This document shows, piece after piece, positions 58,594 through 64,000 of a stretch of 64,000 nucleotides of DNA. Each line of letters begins with the position of its first letter. Position 1 is the stretch's first letter. Both the position numbers and the translations under genes were made by a program. The notes under the pieces are model-generated. The model made no database searches and was not told where the DNA came from. It was given only the letters and a program-made list of their open reading frames with translations. The stretch lies in contig JAPLVC010000006.1 in assembly GCA_026397315.1 (NCBI GenBank), forward strand, positions 1 through 64,000. Direction: 5' to 3'. This DNA comes from Candidatus Aenigmatarchaeota archaeon (GTDB lineage: Archaea > Aenigmatarchaeota > Aenigmatarchaeia > QMZP01 > QMZT01).

Positions 58594-59415
58594 TTAATGG
58601 CCATTGTGCCTGATTTTTTCATGTAAAGTGCCCGGAGAAAGAAATAATTCCAATTCCCTGTTGACGACTGCAGGTTGCTCCGCGTGCACGATGTGACCTG
58701 CTTTGGGTACATCGATTTCGAAAATGCTGTGGCCGTTTGACCCGGGAAGATTTCTTTTGCCGCGTAAAACGCTTTCAGAGCCGTTTATGAAAAGTATTTC
58801 GTTGCCCTGGCCGGCAAGTTCCTCTATCATCTCACCAAGCTTCATTCCTTGACCTTTTAGTGCCTCAACGTAATCCCATTCATTTTTATTGGCTTCAACG
58901 AGATACAGCCCACCTTTGGTCCTTGTTATTTCCAGGACCGGTTCCAAAAGACGTTTGTATATCTCATTTCTCCGACCATAATTTGGATCGCTTTTGCCAA
59001 TCTTGTGATACATGTCGCTTAATTGCCAAGCAAGCAAACCTTTATTATCCGTCACTTTTTGAGCTAATCTTGGAGAAATTGATTTAAGCAAGTTAACGGA
59101 ACCCATTAGCATCTTTTCCCCCAAACCTTCCTCGCTATCAGACGCCTCTATGTATGCAATCTTACCAGTTTTCTTACCTTTGAACTTTCTGGCCGCGACT
59201 GTTGCCGGGTAAGCAGCGTTAGAGTGCGGCACCATGTTGTATGTTCCATCTTGAGCGATTGAGAGTCTATTTTTTATCTCGTCTTCATACGCGAAGAGCG
59301 AATTCCCGGGAACTATAGTTTCTGCTACAAGACCTTTTTCTTTCAAGTATTTTTCCGTTCCGCTGAGGCCGAAATAATTACCCAGTGTTGACGGTAGCAA
59401 TATTGTTGTTACCAT
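58594..59415 (-). CDS. Divergent alpha/beta-hydrolase-fold protein
   Basis: 'PHSNA' at the nucleophile elbow; C-terminal 'PKAGHIVHAEQPAVVN..L..FL'. Confidence 0.55.
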   Translation of the reverse strand: MVTTILLPSTLGNYFGLSGTEKYLKEKGLVAETIVPGNSLFAYEDEIKNRLSIAQDGTYNMVPHSNAAYPATVAARKFKGKKTGKIAYIEASDSEEGLGEKMLMGSVNLLKSISPRLAQKVTDNKGLLAWQLSDMYHKIGKSDPNYGRRNEIYKRLLEPVLEITRTKGGLYLVEANKNEWDYVEALKGQGMKLGEMIEELAGQGNEILFINGSESVLRGKRNLPGSNGHSIFEIDVPKAGHIVHAEQPAVVNRELELFLSPGTLHEKIRHNGH

Positions 59416-59486
59416 AAGGTAGTATTAATTTTAGTATTTAAATATGAAAATAAGGTCGAATCGGCCTTAAAATGGCCAGAAAAGGT

Positions 59487-60185
59487 CTAAAAAAGCTTTT
59501 TCGCCAGGGCTTCTGCTGTTCCCCGCATATCGCTTGCCTGGTACAGCGCCCGGCCTATGATGGCGTGCCATTCCCTTCCGGCCGCGCGCGCCGCGTCGCT
59601 GATGTCACCGCCCTGGGTTATCATGCCCGGTGAATAGAAAACTGGCTTTACACCTTTTGCCTCCAGCGTGCGCTTATACTCGGCTATGCGCTCTGGCTTG
59701 TTGCCTGGTACGACAAAGTCGCTTACGCCGAGCGACGCCGCAAGCTCGTATATCGCCTGGGGCGCACTGTTGAGTATGAAGCCGCCGTCGCTTTCTAGAT
59801 ATTTGGGGTGAGTCATCTCCCCGCCTATTATCACGCCAAGGCCCTCTTTCTGCGCGGCCTCGATCCATCGCCTCTCGGTTTCTGGCCCGGCCTGAGGAAA
59901 GAGGATGACAGCATCGACGCCTTTGCACGCCTTCATGAACTTCTCACCCGTGTCCGGTATGTCCGTGCCCGCTTTCTGATGATCGTAAATTATCGGCAGT
60001 TCCGTGTGCCTGCGTATCGTGTGTATGACGCTTTTCATGCCGAAAGGAATGACCAGCTCGAAGCCGATCTTGTAGCCGCCAATGCCTTTGACATCGCACG
60101 TTTCCCTGACCAGCTTATCGAGCGCCTCAAGCGTTGCGACGTCGCATGCCGGTATTATGCTCCTGTCAGATTTTATTATCTTCAT
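59487..60185 (-). CDS. pyrF: Orotidine-5'-phosphate decarboxylase
   Basis: IPACD, YKIG, YDHQKAGTDIPDT, SPG..QGG, IIGRA. Confidence 0.9.
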   Translation of the reverse strand: MKIIKSDRSIIPACDVATLEALDKLVRETCDVKGIGGYKIGFELVIPFGMKSVIHTIRRHTELPIIYDHQKAGTDIPDTGEKFMKACKGVDAVILFPQAGPETERRWIEAAQKEGLGVIIGGEMTHPKYLESDGGFILNSAPQAIYELAASLGVSDFVVPGNKPERIAEYKRTLEAKGVKPVFYSPGMITQGGDISDAARAAGREWHAIIGRALYQASDMRGTAEALAKKLF

Positions 60186-60213
60186 ATCATCACACCTTCT
60201 TCTGCACGTTGTC

Positions 60214-60861
60214 TTATTCGAAACCCATTTTCCTGCCCCAGTTCGGCGGATCCTTGTTCCATTCCAGTGCCTTGGCAGCTTCGTCGTGGCTTATGTACTT
60301 CATATCGCCTGCCACGCTTATTAGCGTCGTGAAGTCGCTCAGAGGTATTAGCTCGCATTTCGCCTGGCTGAAGGCGTTTTTCGCCTTGGTCATCTCGTAT
60401 GTGAATATCGCCAGGCAATGCTCGACAATACCGCCCTGGCTGCGCACGGCTTCGACGCCTGCGATGCTGGAACCGCCCGTCGAGATTAAGTCCTCAACTA
60501 TCAGGATTCTCTGACCCGGCTCCATCTTCCCTTCGATTAAATTCTCCTTGCCGTGGTCTTTCGCTTCCTTGCGTATGTAAATCATGGGCTTGCCCAGCTT
60601 CTCGGCCAGCCACGCTGCATGCGGAATGCCGGATGAAGCAATGCCTGCGACTATATCGAAGTCGAGCTTCCTATCTTTTACCACTTTTGCAAAATAATCG
60701 ACTATCTTGGCGCGCTTATCAGGGTAGGACATTACAAGACGGTTGTCGCAGTAAATCGGGCTGAGTATACCTGAAGCGTAACGGTATGGCTTCTGCGGAT
60801 TAAGCGTGACCGCCTTTATTTCAAGCAGGATTTTCGCAACATCTTTCGCTATATCACCCAT
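60214..60861 (-). CDS. pyrE: Orotate phosphoribosyltransferase
   Basis: SGILSPIYCD.R, RK..KDHG, VEDLISTGGS. Confidence 0.95.
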   Translation of the reverse strand: MGDIAKDVAKILLEIKAVTLNPQKPYRYASGILSPIYCDNRLVMSYPDKRAKIVDYFAKVVKDRKLDFDIVAGIASSGIPHAAWLAEKLGKPMIYIRKEAKDHGKENLIEGKMEPGQRILIVEDLISTGGSSIAGVEAVRSQGGIVEHCLAIFTYEMTKAKNAFSQAKCELIPLSDFTTLISVAGDMKYISHDEAAKALEWNKDPPNWGRKMGFE

Positions 60862-62044
60862 AAACTATCCCCCTCCCCTTGTTTTTCATGACATCACCAT
60901 CATCGAAAACTATTTTTCCTCTGACGATAGTTTTCACCGGCCAGCCGCGTACTTCGAAGCCGTCGAAAGGCGACCAGCCGCATTTCGTGCGCATCTCGTC
61001 GTTCCTGATTTTTTTCTGGGCCTTCATGTCCACTATCACGAAATCAGCGTCATACCCCTTTTTTATGAAGCCCTTGTTTTTGAGCCTGAAAATTTTTGCA
61101 GGGTTCTCGCACATGGTCTCGACCAAACGTCTCAACGTGAGCCTGCGTTTGTTGACCGCGTCCAGCATTAACGGAAGGCGGGTCTCGACGCCAGGCACGC
61201 CGTAAACGTCGCCAGAATCCTTTTCTTCAATTGTATGCGGCGCGTGATCGCTGCCTATCGTGTCTATCAATCCAGCGTTAAGCGAATCCCAGAGCGCGCG
61301 CCTGTCGCTCTCGTTCTTGAGCGACGGTTTCATGCGGATGAGCTTGCTCTGGTCGGTCTCGATCAGGAAAAGATGGTGCGGCGTAACTTCGGCGAAAACG
61401 TTTTTACCGCCGTTTTCCTTCACGTATTCAAGTTCGTTCTGAGTGCTTACGTGGCAAAGATAAAATTTCTTCTTCAGCTTTTCAGATATTTCTATCGCCT
61501 TTCTCGCGTTCCTGCCTTCTGCATGAATAGTGCAAATGCGCGAAGCGCCGATTATTTTGCTCACTATATCCTCGTCCTGTATCAGCATGTTGCCCGTGGA
61601 AGCGTCCATGAAAATTTTCGTGGATGCGATGTCCCGGGCCTTCTCGACCTCCTGCAGATTGTCAGCAGACGAGCCGAAGTGAAAGCCGAAATCAACTATT
61701 GATTTGCTCGCGGCGAGCGAGATTTTTTCTGCCAGAAGTTTTCTAGTGAGCGTAGGAGGTTTGGTGTTCGGCATGTCCAATACGCTAGTTACTCCGCCAG
61801 CTGCAGCTGCAAAGCTGCCTGTCCTGAAATCCTCCTTGTGCGTCAGGCCGGGCTCGCGGAAATGTACGTGCGGGTCTATCGAACCAGGAAGGACCAGCAT
61901 GTCGCTAGCGTTTATTTTCTCGTCAGCGACTGCCTTGCCGACGAATATCTTTTTGATGCTGCCGTTTTCAACGAGGATGTTTTTCCTAGCAATCCTTCCG
62001 TCGATATAAATCATGCCGTTCTGGATAAAAAGCGTGTCGCTCAT
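60854..62044 (-). CDS. pyrC: Dihydroorotase
   Basis: DPHVHFREPG, DMPNT.PP, EVTPHHL, SDHAPH; start MSDTL overlaps the pyrK stop (ATGA). Confidence 0.9.
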   Translation of the reverse strand: MSDTLFIQNGMIYIDGRIARKNILVENGSIKKIFVGKAVADEKINASDMLVLPGSIDPHVHFREPGLTHKEDFRTGSFAAAAGGVTSVLDMPNTKPPTLTRKLLAEKISLAASKSIVDFGFHFGSSADNLQEVEKARDIASTKIFMDASTGNMLIQDEDIVSKIIGASRICTIHAEGRNARKAIEISEKLKKKFYLCHVSTQNELEYVKENGGKNVFAEVTPHHLFLIETDQSKLIRMKPSLKNESDRRALWDSLNAGLIDTIGSDHAPHTIEEKDSGDVYGVPGVETRLPLMLDAVNKRRLTLRRLVETMCENPAKIFRLKNKGFIKKGYDADFVIVDMKAQKKIRNDEMRTKCGWSPFDGFEVRGWPVKTIVRGKIVFDDGDVMKNKGRGIVYG

Positions 62045-62838
62045 TGGCATCTCCATTTGGCGTAATCGCTTATGGCCACCTTTTCTCCGCTCTTCAGACG
62101 CGCGAAGGAGCCGAAATCCTTTATCTTCCTGAGATGCGCGCTCGGGAAGACTGGTCCGTCCTTGCACACACGTAAACCATCGGCTTCGCACTGGCCGCAT
62201 ACGCCGAAGCCGCATTTCATGAAACGCTCGAGGCTCGCCTCGCATTCGATGCCGTGGCGTTCGCATATTTCGAACACGCGCTTCATCATGGCCTCTGGAC
62301 CGCACGTGTAAACGATGCTGAATTTATTTTTTGCGAGTTGCGCTTCGAGAACGTCGGTGACGAAGCCCTTCGTCCCGGCAGTGCCGTCGTCAGTCGTTAT
62401 GCTAGCGCCTTTGAAGCGCCCTTTGAAAATTATCCTGTCTCGCGATCTCGCTCCCTGGATGATGAGCGGATTTTTCAGGCGCTCTATGAGATTCGCTAGC
62501 GGCGCGACGCCGCAGCCGCCGGCGACTACGCATGCATCCGCCTTCAGCGTGAACCCATTGCCATACGGGCCTCGAATGCCTATCTTATCACCGGCTTTCA
62601 TTTTGAAAAGCGCGCTGGTGAACTTTCCCTTCTCTTCGACGGTTATCGCCGTCTTATTGCCGGCGTAGGAGAGCGAAAACGGCTTTTCGTCCAGGTCCGG
62701 AAGCCATACCATGACGAACTGGCCGGGTTGCGCGTCGATTTTCCTGCCGATGAAAAAAGTCCTGACGTAAGGATTTTCGTATACAATTTTTGTTATCTTC
62801 ACCATCTCCGGCAGTTCCGTTTTTTTGTAGTTATCCAT
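62041..62838 (-). CDS. pyrK: Dihydroorotate dehydrogenase electron transfer subunit
   Basis: PGQF.M.W, RGPYG.GF, GGCG.AP, CGPE.MM, MKCGFGVCGQC, C.DGPVF. Confidence 0.93.
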   Translation of the reverse strand: MDNYKKTELPEMVKITKIVYENPYVRTFFIGRKIDAQPGQFVMVWLPDLDEKPFSLSYAGNKTAITVEEKGKFTSALFKMKAGDKIGIRGPYGNGFTLKADACVVAGGCGVAPLANLIERLKNPLIIQGARSRDRIIFKGRFKGASITTDDGTAGTKGFVTDVLEAQLAKNKFSIVYTCGPEAMMKRVFEICERHGIECEASLERFMKCGFGVCGQCEADGLRVCKDGPVFPSAHLRKIKDFGSFARLKSGEKVAISDYAKWRCQ

Positions 62839-63742
62839 GGGCAGCACCTATTATCCCGTCGAAGCTTTCGTATCCGTTCTCGTACATCCACTCGCTCATC
62901 TCTGAACAGATTTTTTTGAAAACATCCATACCCCTGTAATGCACGGCCGAGCCTACGCCTATCGCTTTCGCTCCAGCCATCATCATCTCAATCGCATCCC
63001 GTCCGGTCATGATGCCGCCGATTCCTATTATCGGGATTTTGACGCTTTCGTATATGTCATAGACGCAGCGGATTGCGACGGGCTTGAGTGCAGGGCCGGA
63101 AACGCCGCCCATCCTGAAGCCGAGCACCGGCTTTTTCGCGTCTATGTTTATTATCATGCCGGGGCCCATCGTGTTGACGGCGGTTATCGCGGACGCTCCG
63201 GCCTTTTCAGCTGCCCTGGCGACGTCACCTATGTTCCTCGTGATGGGAGAGAGCTTTACGAAAACGGGCAGCTTCGTTTTCTTTATTACAGCCCTGACTA
63301 TCTCGTGCGTCTTTTCTGGGGTGTCCTGTCCGGCGAGCGTGCCGAAGCCCGGCGTGTGAGGGCAGGAAAGCGGAATTTCTATCGCGGAGAACTCGAGACC
63401 GCCCAGTGCCTCGGCGACCTTCTCAAATTCGCTTGCGTCCTGCCCTATTATGCTCGCGAATACGGGAGCGCCCAGGCCTTTCAGGCCGGTGAATTCCTTT
63501 TTCGCGCCGGCGGTGCCTGGGTTGGAATAACCGACCGCGTTCATGAGACCGGCGTCGAAAGCGATTACGGTCGGGTTCTTGTGACCCTCCCTAGCTTCGA
63601 GAGAAATCGATTTGATGGTGACAGCTCCTGCGCCGTTCCTTATGACCTCGGAAAGAAGCGAACGTGAGACGCCAAGAATGCCGGAAGCAAGGATGACAGG
63701 GTTCGCGAGCTTTATGCCGCAGAGGCTCGTTTCAAGGTTCAT
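62831..63742 (-). CDS. pyrD: Dihydroorotate dehydrogenase family 1B catalytic subunit
   Basis: NPVILASG, SCPH, VKLSP, GGVSG.ALKP, PIIGIGGI. Confidence 0.95.
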   Translation of the reverse strand: MNLETSLCGIKLANPVILASGILGVSRSLLSEVIRNGAGAVTIKSISLEAREGHKNPTVIAFDAGLMNAVGYSNPGTAGAKKEFTGLKGLGAPVFASIIGQDASEFEKVAEALGGLEFSAIEIPLSCPHTPGFGTLAGQDTPEKTHEIVRAVIKKTKLPVFVKLSPITRNIGDVARAAEKAGASAITAVNTMGPGMIINIDAKKPVLGFRMGGVSGPALKPVAIRCVYDIYESVKIPIIGIGGIMTGRDAIEMMMAGAKAIGVGSAVHYRGMDVFKKICSEMSEWMYENGYESFDGIIGAAHG

Positions 63743-63753
63743 ACCTCTCTTCC

Positions 63754-64000
63754 CTATATCAGCTCTATATTTTCCTTGCCAATCACCCTTTCGCAATAAT
63801 GGCATTTTATTTTCAGAGGGTTCTTGTCCAGCACGTGGAAATTCGTCTTCGTTCTCTCAGCGTTCGTTATGCAGTTCGGGTTGGCGCATTTTATGATGCC
63901 GTTTATGGTATCCGGTACCTCAACCCTGAACTTCTTCGTGACTTCGAAATTCTTGATTATGTTTATGCTCGCCTCGGGAGCGAACAGCGCGATCGTGTCA
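63754..64000 (-). CDS. pyrI: Aspartate carbamoyltransferase regulatory chain (partial; 5' end outside the window)
   Basis: Hand-translated ...IALFAPEASINIIKNFEV.KK...CANPNCITN...KCHYCE... Confidence 0.9.
   Translation of the reverse strand, partial: DTIALFAPEASINIIKNFEVTKKFRVEVPDTINGIIKCANPNCITNAERTKTNFHVLDKNPLKIKCHYCERVIGKENIELI

Noticed and set aside
1-64000. CRISPR arrays, rRNA genes, transposases
   Set aside because: No regularly spaced repeats, rRNA-like sequence or transposase motifs seen by eye

Overview
Archaeal genome segment, most likely a DPANN cluster-2 lineage such as Aenigmarchaeota (inferred from the fused PriS-PriL primase, aRF1, FEN1, archaeosortase, BHB-intron tRNA-Gln and class III signal peptides). 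It holds a surface-glycosylation/archaeosortase cluster, two paralogous giant Cys-rich secreted proteins flanking a pilin-like gene, and an AT-richer wHTH-V4R-methyltransferase plus acyl-CoA ligase island beside a KaiC-like ATPase. It also holds a type IV pilus locus, a polytopic membrane protein ending in a GH73-like domain, housekeeping genes, five overlapping cytoplasmic PQQ-repeat beta-propeller paralogs, and a de novo pyrimidine operon (pyrI-D-K-C-E-F). The most striking signal is absent from the ORF track. A 17-codon, probably leaderless ORF (MYSGKTTTTTITTTTTC, 10 Thr codons) lies directly upstream of thrS, within mutually exclusive 1:2, 2:3 and 3:4 hairpins. This looks like a bacterial-style, ribosome-dependent threonine attenuator in an archaeon. 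Also notable: aRF1 has GGWSQ in place of GGQ. All product calls come from motif recognition by eye; no searches or folding were run.
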